A stretch of 43,357 bases of DNA from Thainema sp. (GCA_052168235.1 JBQLZK010000063.1:1-43357), one strand, 5' to 3'; positions 26,625-37,600 are shown, counted from the first letter of the stretch. The notes: generated by a model not told the origin, from the sequence alone. Numbers and translations are program-made.

Positions 26625-29612
26625 TCAACCAACCGCTAGCGTCAATGGCAAAGTAACCCGAAACGTAACCGGATTAGCCATCGATTCTAGCTGAATCGTG
26701 CCGCCCAAATAGTGCACCATGCGTTTAATCAGCGCTAGCCCTAATCCCGTGCCGCCATGCTTCCAAGGGTCGTGATTGGGAATGCGGTAGAACTTATCAA
26801 AAATGCGATCGCGCTCAATGACCGGAATTTCAACCCCGGTATTAGAAACGCGAATCTGCAGTTGGTCAGTCCCTGGCGTCACGGTTAAGCGAATTTCTTC
26901 TCCGGCAGGGGTGTACTTACAGGCATTTTCGACGAGTTCTTCGACAATACGCTCTAGGTAGGAAAAATCGGTGGTCAGCGGCGGCAAATCGGCGGCAATA
27001 TCGAGCGTAAATTGCTGGTTGCGGATGCGGGTTTGATTAACGAAGGATTCCAGCACGTGGGGAATCCAGTGCTGCAGATTCATGGTCGTGGACTGGAGCG
27101 GTTCTGTCTCGGCTTCTAGACGCGACAAATCGAGCAGGTCATTAATCAGATTAGTTTCGCGGCGGCATTCTTCCCGCAGAATTGTTAAGTAGCGGTGAAT
27201 TGGATGATCGGCAGCGGCAAAGCTGGGTTCACGGCTGACCACAATTTCCAGCATTTGCGTAGCCATTTGAATGCTGGACATGGGGGTGCGTAATTCATGG
27301 GACACCGTGCTGAGAAAGTCGTCCTTCAGCAAATTGAGGCGCTCTAACTCATAGATTTGGGTGCGAGATGTTTCATACAGCCGTGCCTGACGCAGTGCGA
27401 TCGCACATTGGTTAGCCACCTGCTGCACCAGCCGGATTTCCGCCTCATTGAAGTAGGCATCCGCCTGCCGATGAATCCACAGATCCCCCACAATTGACTG
27501 CGCATCTTGGAGTGGACAGGCCAGCGTGGAAACCTGATGCGTTCCGGCTCGAAGCTGGCGGGTGGACTGTGTAGGGCAATAGTGGAGATACTCACCCCGT
27601 TGCAGTTGCCGATAGAGCTGGGGAAACAGGGACATATCGATCACCTGGCCCTGCAAATTTGGCATGTCCCGGCAGACATGGGCATAGCTCACGGTCGAGG
27701 TTTTCTGTTCCCAGTCATACAGTCCAGCATCGCAGGCACTAGCTGACAGTGCGATCGCAAGTTCCCGTACCGCCGTTTGCAAGATCTGCGCCTCATCCAG
27801 GCTGTCGCGCACCTTATCGGTAATTCGCTTCAGCGTTTCTTCAAACTGAGCGGCCTGCTGCAACTGAAGCGTCCGCTGATAGACCTGCTGCTCCAGCGTT
27901 GTGTTAAACTGCTGCACCTGCTGATAGAGTTCGGCCTGCTGAATCGCAATCGATAGCTGATTAGAAAGCTGTTGGAGGAGCTTAATTTCCCAGTCCTGCC
28001 AGTGGCGAGTGGCGGTACAGTGCTGGGCCGCTAGCAGTCCCCAAAGCTGATCCGATTCCAAAATCGGAATTACTAAATTGGCTTTTACCTGAAACTGGTT
28101 AAGCAAATCAACGTAACAGCTCGCTAGTCCAGCTTCATGGATATTGGCAATATTGCTAATTCGGCCTTGCTGATAGGGAATGATGCAGTCTTCCATTGAA
28201 AGACAGGGATCAACGATTTCCAGTCCTTTCATGACCATCCAGGGAGCTGTGACGGCCTCTGCGATGACAGTGCCGCTCCAGTCCAGATCAAATTGAAAAA
28301 TCACCACCCGATCAACATTCAAAATCTGCCGAATATCAGCAACCGTCGTGTCTAAAATCTCCTCTAGCTCGAGCGATTGACGAATGTGTTGTGAAATGCG
28401 GCTCAGCAGTTGCTCTTGTTCGACCTGCTGGCGAAACTGGGTTTCACTGGCACGCAGCGCTTCCAGCGCCTGCTTTTGCTCGGTGATATCTCGATTAACG
28501 CCCGCATAGCGATACATTGCTCCGGCCTTGTTGTAGATGGGAAATGCCCGATCCCAAATCCAGCGCACCGAGCCATCGGGGCGCACAATGCGATATTCCA
28601 TGTCGGCAAACTGACCCTGCTGCTGAGCCTGAGTCTGCTGCAAAACGAGATCGCGATCGTCGGCATGAACTCGATCCAGCCACAGTTGGGGATGATCGTA
28701 GAGTTCTTGAAACGAGTACTGAAACAGCTTTTCTGAGGCTGGATTAATGTAAATGAGTTTGCCTGAGTTCGCATCTTTGAGGAAAAAGGCGTCCTCAATG
28801 CCGTTGACGATCTGTCGCAGCTGTTCTTCGCTGTCGCGCAGCGCTTGTTCCGCCTGCTTGCGGGCCGTGATGTCCTGAAAGACCAAAACGCTACCGACAA
28901 TGACCTGATCGGGTGTTTGAATCGGAGTCGCTGAATCGCCAATGTACCGACGCGTGCCGTCCTTAGCAATCAGCAAGCAGTCATCGGCTAGAAAAACCTG
29001 CTTTCTCTGAGTAAGACACTGCCGCAATGGATTTTCGATGGGTTGACCAGTGGTGGCACTAACCAGTTGTAAAACAGATTCAACTGAGCGGCCAATGGCG
29101 GCTTGCTGCGTCCAGCCCGTGAGCGCTTCGGCTGCCGGATTCATAAAGATAATTCGTCCGACATCATCCACTGCGATCGTGCCATCGCCAATGCTGTTGA
29201 GCGTCGTAGCGAGCCACTGCTGAGTCGCTTCCAACTGCTGTTCAAGCTGATGGCGATGCAGCGCCATTTCAACTGTTGTGTGCAGCTCGGGTAAATGGAC
29301 GGGCTTGAGCAGATAGCCATAGGGATGAGTTGCGATCGCACGCTGGATCGTTTGGGGTTCAACGTGAGCCGTCAAGTAAACAATCGGCACACGCACCTGT
29401 TGCTGAATCGTCATGGCGGTTTGGATACCGTCTGCGTCACCATCCAGCCGCACATCCATCAGGATTAAATCGACATCTTCCTGCTGCACAAATTCGACCG
29501 CATCGGCTCCAGTCGCAATACAGCCGATCACTTCATGCCCCAACGTTTCCAGCGATTCCTGAATATTCCAAGCAATGATGCGATGATCTTCGACAACTAA
29601 AATTCTGGCCAT
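26625..29612 (-). CDS. Hybrid sensor kinase REC-PAS-PAS-CBCR GAF-GAF-HisKA-HATPase
   Basis: REC motifs VVEDH and LILMDV; PAS domains; bilin GAF DRVVIFQF..IVDPCL..LASCYVDLLNQFQVKANLVIPI..LWGLL; kinase motifs SHELRTP, ENACKYT and GGTGLGL. Confidence 0.93.
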   Translation of the reverse strand: MARILVVEDHRIIAWNIQESLETLGHEVIGCIATGADAVEFVQQEDVDLILMDVRLDGDADGIQTAMTIQQQVRVPIVYLTAHVEPQTIQRAIATHPYGYLLKPVHLPELHTTVEMALHRHQLEQQLEATQQWLATTLNSIGDGTIAVDDVGRIIFMNPAAEALTGWTQQAAIGRSVESVLQLVSATTGQPIENPLRQCLTQRKQVFLADDCLLIAKDGTRRYIGDSATPIQTPDQVIVGSVLVFQDITARKQAEQALRDSEEQLRQIVNGIEDAFFLKDANSGKLIYINPASEKLFQYSFQELYDHPQLWLDRVHADDRDLVLQQTQAQQQGQFADMEYRIVRPDGSVRWIWDRAFPIYNKAGAMYRYAGVNRDITEQKQALEALRASETQFRQQVEQEQLLSRISQHIRQSLELEEILDTTVADIRQILNVDRVVIFQFDLDWSGTVIAEAVTAPWMVMKGLEIVDPCLSMEDCIIPYQQGRISNIANIHEAGLASCYVDLLNQFQVKANLVIPILESDQLWGLLAAQHCTATRHWQDWEIKLLQQLSNQLSIAIQQAELYQQVQQFNTTLEQQVYQRTLQLQQAAQFEETLKRITDKVRDSLDEAQILQTAVRELAIALSASACDAGLYDWEQKTSTVSYAHVCRDMPNLQGQVIDMSLFPQLYRQLQRGEYLHYCPTQSTRQLRAGTHQVSTLACPLQDAQSIVGDLWIHRQADAYFNEAEIRLVQQVANQCAIALRQARLYETSRTQIYELERLNLLKDDFLSTVSHELRTPMSSIQMATQMLEIVVSREPSFAAADHPIHRYLTILREECRRETNLINDLLDLSRLEAETEPLQSTTMNLQHWIPHVLESFVNQTRIRNQQFTLDIAADLPPLTTDFSYLERIVEELVENACKYTPAGEEIRLTVTPGTDQLQIRVSNTGVEIPVIERDRIFDKFYRIPNHDPWKHGGTGLGLALIKRMVHYLGGTIQLESMANPVTFRVTLPLTLAVG

Positions 29613-29974
29613 TTTGTATTGGGCTTCTTAGACCAAAAGTCAACCACACGTTAGATATTCGACTGTTGTTAGGGTAGATGTCCTCACCAAGATGGCGAAT
29701 ACAGCGCTGATTTTGCATTTACTTGCATTTTTAAAAATAAACCTCTAAATGCTTGTCTCGTGCTGTATTGCAATTTTGATATCTGGCTTTGATATCTTTA
29801 GGTATCTTAGATATCTTTGAATATCAATGGTTTCAACCCCATAGCTATCGTGATCCTAATCCAGATTTACCAGCAGATAGACTGATCGCGATCAAGAACG
29901 TATCTGACCTACATCATGCTTAATGTTTCAATACCTGTTCAATATTTTCAATCAAATTCTGATCCCGTCCGGTC

Positions 29975-31450
29975 TCAATCCTGATGGGCCAGCAGCAGCT
30001 CAAGTTGCGTCTCGCTGATCCGCCCAGCTTCACAGAGAATATCGCCAATTTCAGACAGTGTCAGCACTGAATAGGGTTTGTATCCCTGCTGGCGAATGCG
30101 GTCTTTCACACCTTTTTCGTGATCAATAAACACGACGATATCCTGTACCTGTAGCCCCACGGATTCCAGCTTGCGTGCACCCTCAATGGCGCTGCTACCC
30201 GAGATCAGAATGTCATCCACCAGTACCGCTGTTTCGCCCGGATTGAAGTGACCTTCCACCAAGCGCTTTGCGCCGTGGGCTTTCACTTCTTTACGGGGAA
30301 AAATCATCGGCGTGTTGAGCCGCAGCGATAGGCCCGTGGCGGTGGGTAGCGATCCGTAAGGAATGCCCGCAACCCGATCAAAGGTTAGTCCTCGTAAAAT
30401 ACCGCTGTAGGCACTGATCACGGCATCAAAAACCTGGGGATTGGAGATAATGACGCGTAAATCAACGTAGTAAGGGAAGACGGCACCAGAGGCCTGGACA
30501 AATTCGCCAAACCGCAGGCAGCCAATGTCATACAGCTGCAGGACTAAATCTTCGTAGGGGTGGTGATTGAGCAAACAGACATCTGGCACCCAAACCTGGC
30601 AGGTGGAGGGATCAACGATGAGCGACTGCCGCGCTTGGTAAATGCGATCGCGCAATTCTCGGATCAGTATCCCACCTGCGGGATCGGTCAGATAGTCGGC
30701 GGGGACGGCAAAGAGTAAACCACTTTCGCTGCCGTTCATTCCCGCTATCAGCAGCTCGTCCCAGTTGGTGTCGTGCTGCCAGCGACCGTTCAGCCAAATT
30801 GTCCGCTCCGGTGCGATCGCACGCACAGATTGTAGCGTTGCTGGTGATACGGTGCCCAACTCGAAACAGACCTGCTCCGGCGTCCCCCAGGTTTTTGCTT
30901 CTGAGGCCAACTGCTGGTAAAACGGGGTCTCTGGCGTGGGAAACTGCTGTAACACTGCCGCTGTGGGATTGCCCGTGGCCGTCAGCACAAAAATGGTCTT
31001 ATTGGCATCGACTAAAAACGGAGCTGCCTGATCCTGCCCTGTATAGGGCGATAGGGTAATGGCATCGACCTGCCACAGCTCAAACGCTAGTTCGGCCAGA
31101 ATCGTGCTCGTATCCGGATCGCTGTGCTTAGCGTCAAGAATGACGGGCAAATACGGCGGGACGGCGGCCAGCACCGTTTCGAGCAGGGTTAAACCGGGCG
31201 CACCCAACACCCGAAAGGCTTCTAACCGCAGCGTATAAGCACAAACGCAGTCAGTCGTTGTCTGTATCAAACTAAGCAAGCGCTGCTTGGCGTCTTGGAG
31301 CAAAAGCTCTAGCTGATTGTGCGATCGCAGTACCTCTACTAAACCAAGTGCCTTGCCGATACGGGCAATCTCCAAATCAGGAGAAAGGTCAACTGTCAGT
31401 AACGAGTGATGTTGGGCAATAGCCGCATTCAGCTTGTCGGAAAAGCTCAT
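29975..31450 (-). CDS. pyrFE: Bifunctional OMP decarboxylase / orotate phosphoribosyltransferase (PyrF-PyrE fusion)
   Basis: ILDAKHSD in the N-domain; PYYVDLR, RKEVKAHG and VLVDDILISG in the C-domain. The ATG at 31450 is preferred. Confidence 0.88.
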   Translation of the reverse strand: MSFSDKLNAAIAQHHSLLTVDLSPDLEIARIGKALGLVEVLRSHNQLELLLQDAKQRLLSLIQTTTDCVCAYTLRLEAFRVLGAPGLTLLETVLAAVPPYLPVILDAKHSDPDTSTILAELAFELWQVDAITLSPYTGQDQAAPFLVDANKTIFVLTATGNPTAAVLQQFPTPETPFYQQLASEAKTWGTPEQVCFELGTVSPATLQSVRAIAPERTIWLNGRWQHDTNWDELLIAGMNGSESGLLFAVPADYLTDPAGGILIRELRDRIYQARQSLIVDPSTCQVWVPDVCLLNHHPYEDLVLQLYDIGCLRFGEFVQASGAVFPYYVDLRVIISNPQVFDAVISAYSGILRGLTFDRVAGIPYGSLPTATGLSLRLNTPMIFPRKEVKAHGAKRLVEGHFNPGETAVLVDDILISGSSAIEGARKLESVGLQVQDIVVFIDHEKGVKDRIRQQGYKPYSVLTLSEIGDILCEAGRISETQLELLLAHQD

Positions 31451-31699
31451 AAAACCTTTTCGACTTACTCTATCCCAAGTTTGCAAGTAAAAACTAGCGT
31501 TTCTGGCGATGAAAACGAGAGACGAGAGGGATGAGGGAGGTGAGGGGTATAAAGTTCAAAACCCAGCATCCAGCACCCAGTCCTCCGTCCTCTCCCCCAC
31601 AGCTCACGTCTCATTCTCAAGAAAAAAGGGACAGCTTGTGTCCCCTTTCAACCATTCACCGCACGCTAAACTCTGCTAATCTACCCGCTTGTCATTTTC

Positions 31700-31930
31700 T
31701 TAGTCTTCGTAAATACGGCATTCCGGTGCGTCGGGATTGTCATCACAATAAACCTGTAGAGAATTGCGAGACTTTTCCGGTTGATACCGTTTGTGAGAAG
31801 CTTCTGCCTGGAGTTCTTCTACTGTATCCCAAGCAACAGCGCATTCTGAGGAGCTATCGCCGCTGGTTGAACAGGTAACCCGTGCTTCTTCAAGTGCTTG
31901 CGTGATTTGATCTTGAATGCTTGAAGACAT
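31700..31930 (-). CDS. cp12: Calvin cycle protein CP12 (copy 2)
   Basis: C..C pair, AWDTVEEL and YCDDNPDAPECRIYED; probable start at MSSSIQ (31930). Confidence 0.93.
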   Translation of the reverse strand: MSSSIQDQITQALEEARVTCSTSGDSSSECAVAWDTVEELQAEASHKRYQPEKSRNSLQVYCDDNPDAPECRIYED

Positions 31931-32062
31931 AGAGACAATCATTTCTGCTAGACATAACATCCCCAGTTTAGAAACCGAATGGGAGTTGAAAATGTGTTCT
32001 AAGGATCTTTGAAGGTTAGACTTAACGTTTCTTTGTATCCTGTAACACCCTATGCTGAGAGC

Positions 32063-32102
32063 AAAAAGCGAGTGGGGGGCAACTGCCCCCCACTCGCTTT
32101 TT
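32063..32102. terminator. Intrinsic terminator after the first cp12
   Basis: AAAAAGCGAGTGGGGGGCA..TGCCCCCCACTCGCTTTTT. Confidence 0.8.
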
Positions 32103-32112
32103 GTCTTAAATC

Positions 32113-32355
32113 TTAGTCTTCGTAGATGCGGCACTCTGGCGCGTCAGGATTGTCGTCACAGTAGACTTGCAAAGAATTCGGCGCGTCTTGAGCTTTAACA
32201 CGTTCATGGGAAAACTCAGCTTGTAATTCTTCTACAACATCCCAAGCGGCAGCACATTCGGGTGATTCTGCACCCTTTTCAGCGCAAATGGCATGAGCCT
32301 GTTCACGCGCTTCCTCAATCCGATCTTCAATGCTGCTGGTGTTGGCGGTGGTCAT
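32113..32355 (-). CDS. cp12: Calvin cycle protein CP12 (copy 1)
   Basis: AWDVVEEL, both Cys pairs and an AGGAGG RBS. Confidence 0.95.
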   Translation of the reverse strand: MTTANTSSIEDRIEEAREQAHAICAEKGAESPECAAAWDVVEELQAEFSHERVKAQDAPNSLQVYCDDNPDAPECRIYED

Positions 32356-32990
32356 TTATACCTCCTGTATAACTTCGTCTTAAATCTTTACTTTACAGGA
32401 GTTTTTTGGTTTACGTTGTGTCATAACCATCTTTCTGCAGGGAATGGACGCTGATTAGGACAGATGATGAGCTGCGATCGCACTTGTTCTAACCGCCGTT
32501 TGTATCTGCTCAGCGCTCTCTCAAAGCGAGCTATTGCCACTGGTGTAGGTTAATGAGAACAGCTCTATTGTGGCGTTACTTAACCACTGAGCTGACAAGC
32601 ATGTTGATGCTGTTCACAAACGATAATTTGTTCTTATAACTTTATACAAGAAATTTAATCAGATCTTTGCCACAAGCCTACTAGAAGAATTCCGGACAAG
32701 TCCGAGACTGCAAGCGATAGCAGGGTATAAAGAAAACCCAACTTGTCAACTTACCAGAAAATGCTGGAACTTTTTGAGGCTTAATTGCTTCTTTTTATAA
32801 AGCCTTAGTACCAATGCAAATCGATTTGTGGTTGGCTAAATAGTCGCGACGATAGGCACAACCCGTTAATAAGTTTTAACACCAAATCCGCGAACGGGCA
32901 CTGTTTGAACGCTGTTTAAACACGTTCCAACCGGATTTCGTACAAATCCATCATTGGGTTCATTTTTGGTTTTTGGAGATTCTGACTTTT

Positions 32991-34259
32991 ATGGCTAACT
33001 TCAAATCTTGGCAGTCTGGCACATCTTTGTTTCTTGCTTTAGGCATGGCCGCCGGTGCAGCCGCACCCATCGTTATGCAGGCACCTGTTCAAGCGCAGAC
33101 TACCTTCTCAGACGTATCATCTAGCTACTGGGCCTACGGTTACATCCAGGCTCTATCTTCTCGGGGTGTGATCAGCGGCTTCCCCGATGGTACATTTCGT
33201 CCAGATGCTCCGGTAACACGGGCACAATTTGCAGCAATGATTCGCAGTGCCTTCGATGCACCATCCACTCGCAGTGCGATTAATTTTGTGGATGTCTCTT
33301 CCAACTATTGGGCATACAGCGCAATTCGTGAAGCTTACACCACTGGCTTTTTGTCAGGATATCCGGGAAATGTGTTCAATCCAGAGCAAAATATTCCTCG
33401 GGTTCAGGTTTTAGTATCACTGGCAAATGGTTTAGACTACACGGCTAGCAACGTTCAATCAACGCTCAGCTACTACACGGATGCCAGCGGTATTCCTGAC
33501 TACGCTCGCGCCAGCGTAGCTGCTGCAACTGAAGAAATGATTGTAGTCAACTATCCGACGTTGAATCGGCTCAATCCCAACCGCAATGCAACACGGGCCG
33601 AAGTAGCGGCCTTTATCTATCAAGCGCTCGTGAGTGCCGGTGAGGCTCCTGCAATCAACTCTCCCTATGTCGTAGGTGGGGATCAGGATGATGATGATGA
33701 CACAACATCGGTGGTCATTCCTGAGGGAACAACTCTGCCGATTCGTTATGACGGTGCAGAGCGGATTCTAATTTCGCCAGAGGAACCCGATCCTGTGCCT
33801 GTAACGTTGATCATTTCGCAAAATGTGACCGACCAAAACGGTGCGCTGCTGATTCCGGTCGGTAGCCAGGTGGAAGGTGAATTGCGAATTGTGGAAGAGA
33901 ATGGCGAAGAAGGTACAAAATTCTATGCCGAAACGCTAAGAGTACCTAGCACGTCCACCAATCCCAGCTATACGGTTGATCTAGAAGCCGAGTCTGAGTT
34001 GATCACCGACACGGAAACAATCACAGAAGATACAGATGTCGGTACGGTAATTCGGGATGCTGCATTGGGTGCAGCAGCAGCGGCTGCGATCGCAGAAATT
34101 ACTGGCGAAATCGACGTCGAGGAAGTTCTTGGTGGAGCGGGCATCGGTACGCTGATCGGCCTCTTCTTGGATCGAGATGAAGCTGAACTGCTCGTAGTTG
34201 ATCCCGATCGGGATTTGAACTTGACCTTGACTGAGTCGTTGACCGTTCAACTCAACTAG
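32991..34259 (+). CDS. S-layer homology (SLH) domain protein
   Basis: Signal peptide; FSDVSSSYWA, GFPDGTFRP, TRAQFA and ATRAEVAA; acidic C-terminal half. Confidence 0.92.
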   Translation: MANFKSWQSGTSLFLALGMAAGAAAPIVMQAPVQAQTTFSDVSSSYWAYGYIQALSSRGVISGFPDGTFRPDAPVTRAQFAAMIRSAFDAPSTRSAINFVDVSSNYWAYSAIREAYTTGFLSGYPGNVFNPEQNIPRVQVLVSLANGLDYTASNVQSTLSYYTDASGIPDYARASVAAATEEMIVVNYPTLNRLNPNRNATRAEVAAFIYQALVSAGEAPAINSPYVVGGDQDDDDDTTSVVIPEGTTLPIRYDGAERILISPEEPDPVPVTLIISQNVTDQNGALLIPVGSQVEGELRIVEENGEEGTKFYAETLRVPSTSTNPSYTVDLEAESELITDTETITEDTDVGTVIRDAALGAAAAAAIAEITGEIDVEEVLGGAGIGTLIGLFLDRDEAELLVVDPDRDLNLTLTESLTVQLN

Positions 34260-34314
34260 ATAACTGTTAGTTAGCTAACGGTCTGTCTGGTTCTAAGCGC
34301 GTAGCGCTATACAT

Positions 34315-34355
34315 AGCGAAAGCGGGACAGTGTTTAACACTGTCCCGCTTTCGCT
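34315..34355. terminator. Perfect palindrome (20-bp arms) between convergent genes
   Basis: AGCGAAAGCGGGACAGTGTT-T-AACACTGTCCCGCTTTCGCT. Confidence 0.7.
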
Positions 34356-34378
34356 TAGGCTGGGATTAATACCGGCTT

Positions 34379-35047
34379 TTAACAAGCTCCTTTGCGAGCT
34401 AGAACCACCCAGACTGTTTTCCAAATGAGCTGTAAATCATACAACACTGACCAGCGCTGCTGGTAGGCCAAATCCATATCAACAATGTCTTCAAAGTCCA
34501 AAACTTGGGAACGACCATTTGCCTGCCATTCGCCGGTTATACCGGGTTTAACCTCTAGTCGCTGCCAGTGGCGAGGGGTATAGTGCCGAACTTCATCAAC
34601 CGTGGGTGGGCGAGTCCCAACCAAGCTCATTGAACCGACTAGAACATTCCAAAACTGGGGAAATTCGTCCAAGCTGGTTTTGCGCAGGAATTTGCCGACT
34701 TGCGTCACGCGTGGATCATCATCGTTTTTGAAAATATGGCCACTGGCCTGATTTTGAATCAGATGCTTAATTTGTTCAGCATTAGTCACCATTGAGCGAA
34801 ACTTCCAAATACGGAAAGTCTGCCCGCGATGTCCACAGCGGAGCTGGCTATACAAAATTGGGCCGGGGCTATCTAACTTAATTGCGATCGCAATTGGCAA
34901 CCATAAAATAGCCACAACGGCTAAACCGACAAGCGCACCGACGATATCGATGAAACGCTTCAGTCCGCTGTCAACGGCGGGATGGACAGCCTGGCACTGA
35001 AACAAGCGATGATTCTCAGGGGGAAAGGATGTACTGGTTGAAATCAT
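34379..35047 (-). CDS. Bacterial sugar transferase (priming phosphoglycosyl transferase)
   Basis: [31 protein letters not shown] and KPGITG. Confidence 0.93.
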   Translation of the reverse strand: MISTSTSFPPENHRLFQCQAVHPAVDSGLKRFIDIVGALVGLAVVAILWLPIAIAIKLDSPGPILYSQLRCGHRGQTFRIWKFRSMVTNAEQIKHLIQNQASGHIFKNDDDPRVTQVGKFLRKTSLDEFPQFWNVLVGSMSLVGTRPPTVDEVRHYTPRHWQRLEVKPGITGEWQANGRSQVLDFEDIVDMDLAYQQRWSVLYDLQLIWKTVWVVLARKGAC

Positions 35048-35921
35048 CAAACTGCCACTGGAAGGATAAGGTTGACAAGTGAGAACAGAACGTTTGAATT
35101 GTTCTGTGATGCTCTAAAGAGTTCTAAAGAGTTCTAAAGAGTCAATCAAACTGTGCGATCGCATTCAGGAAAATTGGCTAATTCCCATATGTCTCTACAC
35201 AAAACATCGGCTGAAGATGAAAGAACCATCAAGCTGATAGGTATAGGATTGGCTATTTGATGGCATAAATCGCAATTTTGAACAGGTTTAATACAACCTT
35301 TAAATTGCCTATTCCGCACAGATGTTTTGGCGGAATATGCTGATATAACGACTATTTAGAAGCCAATATCAATCAATTTCAACATCCGTAAAGTCGCTGA
35401 AGCCAGCACTAAATATGCTGAACTCAATTCATGATTCAACTGGAGTTTGCAACGTTATGTCCGTGGATTTGCGCGATCGCACCGTAGCGTGAGGTCACAC
35501 AACTGGAACCACTGCCTTATTATTCAGCAAAAAAAATAAGGATTTTGTTTAAATACCCAATGAATGGCCAAGTTGGGAAGTCAATCAGCTCACTAAGAAC
35601 CTATCCGAATACCCCAATTTGGTCACGACTTACTAGGAGTTTGAGAGGGTTTCCGGATAAGCCCTCAGTAATTGCTGTAGAGTATCCATTCCCGATCGTA
35701 ATCCGTTGGCAAAACCAGCTTTATTTTTTACTGAAAGACAGATGGTGCTTGACTTTCGCCAAAAATAATTCGAGCTTATTTAGCCAATTTTTTGCGGGGA
35801 TGAGGCAATCAAGCAGAAATAAATAGACGGTTGGGCAATTGCTCAAAAAGGCCAAAAACCGCACCTAGTCAGTCGAACATTGCAGATCCCGCCTTAAACC
35901 TAGCTAGCTTTCCTGGAAAAA

Positions 35922-35963
35922 GTATCAGCCGATACAAAATATCCGAATCCCTATCTTTAGGAT
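35922..35963 (+). promoter_or_regulatory. Canonical NtcA-activated promoter of glnA
   Basis: GTA-TCAGCCGA-TAC (35922-35935), a 22-nt spacer and TAGGAT (TAN3T, 35958-35963). Confidence 0.9.
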
Positions 35964-36178
35964 GAGTCAGATGTGGCAGGGCTTCGGTACGGGTCCTGCC
36001 TAGCTCCGCAGGGTTTGCATAGCTAATGTTTTAACAGCAGATCGCCGTTAAGCAGTGCTAGCTATTAGGAGTTTGTTGCGATCGCAGTTGATGGCTCATA
36101 TCCACACCCCTATGTGGTGTAGCAATCTGTCCCTGTCCCGGCACTACAGATAGCCTAGAAGTTGTTAAGGAGTAGTTC

Positions 36179-37600
36179 ATGACCCAAACGCCTCAAGACG
36201 TCTTGAATCTGATTAAAGAGCAAGACATCAAGATGATCGATCTGAAGTTTATCGATTTGCCTGGAACATGGCAGCACCTGACGGTTTTCCACGATCAGAT
36301 CGATGAAAGCAGCTTTACCGATGGAGTTCCATTCGATGGCTCCAGTATCCGTGGTTGGAAAGCCATCAACGAATCGGACATGGCGATGGTACCTGATCCC
36401 AACACAGCCTGGATCGATCCGTTCATGAAAGAACCGACCCTCAGCCTGATCTGTTCTATTCAAGAACCACGAACGGGTGAACCCTATGAGCGCTGCCCCC
36501 GTGTCATCGCCCAAAAGGCCGTTGACTATCTAAACGCATCAGGGATTGGTGATACCGCGTTTTTTGGCCCAGAAGCAGAATTCTTCGTTTTTGAAGATGT
36601 GCGGTTCGACCAAACCGAAAACAAAAGCTTCTACTATGTCGATACCGTAGAAGGTCGCTGGAACTCCGGGAAAGAAGAAGAAGGTGGCAACCTGGGCTAT
36701 AAGCCTCGCTATAAGGAAGGCTATTTCCCCGTTTCCCCAACAGATACGTTGCAAGACATCCGCACCGAGATGCTGCTGACAATGGCAGAACTGGGCGTTC
36801 CCATTGAAAAGCACCACCATGAGGTAGCAACGGGTGGTCAGTGCGAACTCGGCTTCCGCTTCGGTCGGCTGATTGAAGCCGCCGACTGGCTGATGATCTA
36901 CAAGTACGTCATCAAAAATGTCGGGAAGAAGTACGGTAAGTCCGTCACCTTTATGCCCAAACCGCTGTTTAATGACAACGGTTCTGGTATGCACACTCAC
37001 CAGTCCATCTGGAAGGATGGACAGCCCTTGTTTGCTGGTGATGGCTACGCTGGTCTCAGCAAGATGGCGCTCAACTACATTGGCGGTATCTTGAAGCACG
37101 CTCCAGCCCTGCTGGCGTTCACAAACCCCACAACCAACTCCTATAAGCGGCTGGTTCCAGGGTTTGAGGCTCCGGTGAACCTGGCTTATTCCCAAGGCAA
37201 CCGTTCAGCTTCTGTACGGATTCCGCTCTCTGGCGATAATCCCAAGGCAAAGCGACTAGAGTTCCGCTGTCCCGATGCGACCTCCAATCCTTACCTAGCC
37301 TTTGCGGCCATGCTCTGTGCTGGTATTGATGGCATCAAGAACGAAATCGATCCAGGCGATCCGCTGGATGTAGACATCTACGATCTGAGCCCTGAGGAAT
37401 TGGCCAAGATTCCATCTACTCCGGGTTCCCTCCTCGATGCTTTAAAGGCGTTAGAAGCGGATCATGAGTTCTTGATTGCTGGTGGCGTATTCAACGAAGA
37501 CTTTATTTCCAATTGGATTGAATACAAGTTGGATAACGAAGTCAACCCCATGCGTCTGCGTCCTCATCCTTACGAGTTCGCACTCTACTACGATGTCTAA
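36179..37600 (+). CDS. glnA: Glutamine synthetase type I
   Basis: [40 protein letters not shown] and EFRCPD; AAGGAG RBS. Confidence 0.98.
   Translation: MTQTPQDVLNLIKEQDIKMIDLKFIDLPGTWQHLTVFHDQIDESSFTDGVPFDGSSIRGWKAINESDMAMVPDPNTAWIDPFMKEPTLSLICSIQEPRTGEPYERCPRVIAQKAVDYLNASGIGDTAFFGPEAEFFVFEDVRFDQTENKSFYYVDTVEGRWNSGKEEEGGNLGYKPRYKEGYFPVSPTDTLQDIRTEMLLTMAELGVPIEKHHHEVATGGQCELGFRFGRLIEAADWLMIYKYVIKNVGKKYGKSVTFMPKPLFNDNGSGMHTHQSIWKDGQPLFAGDGYAGLSKMALNYIGGILKHAPALLAFTNPTTNSYKRLVPGFEAPVNLAYSQGNRSASVRIPLSGDNPKAKRLEFRCPDATSNPYLAFAAMLCAGIDGIKNEIDPGDPLDVDIYDLSPEELAKIPSTPGSLLDALKALEADHEFLIAGGVFNEDFISNWIEYKLDNEVNPMRLRPHPYEFALYYDV

Noticed and set aside
31931..32134. N-terminal extension of the second CP12 in the ORF track
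   Set aside because: It runs through a terminator and the upstream cp12; the ATG at 31930 gives a normal-length CP12.
35964..36178. Glutamine riboswitch upstream of glnA
   Set aside because: I could not recognise the aptamer consensus, and the NtcA promoter already accounts for nitrogen control.
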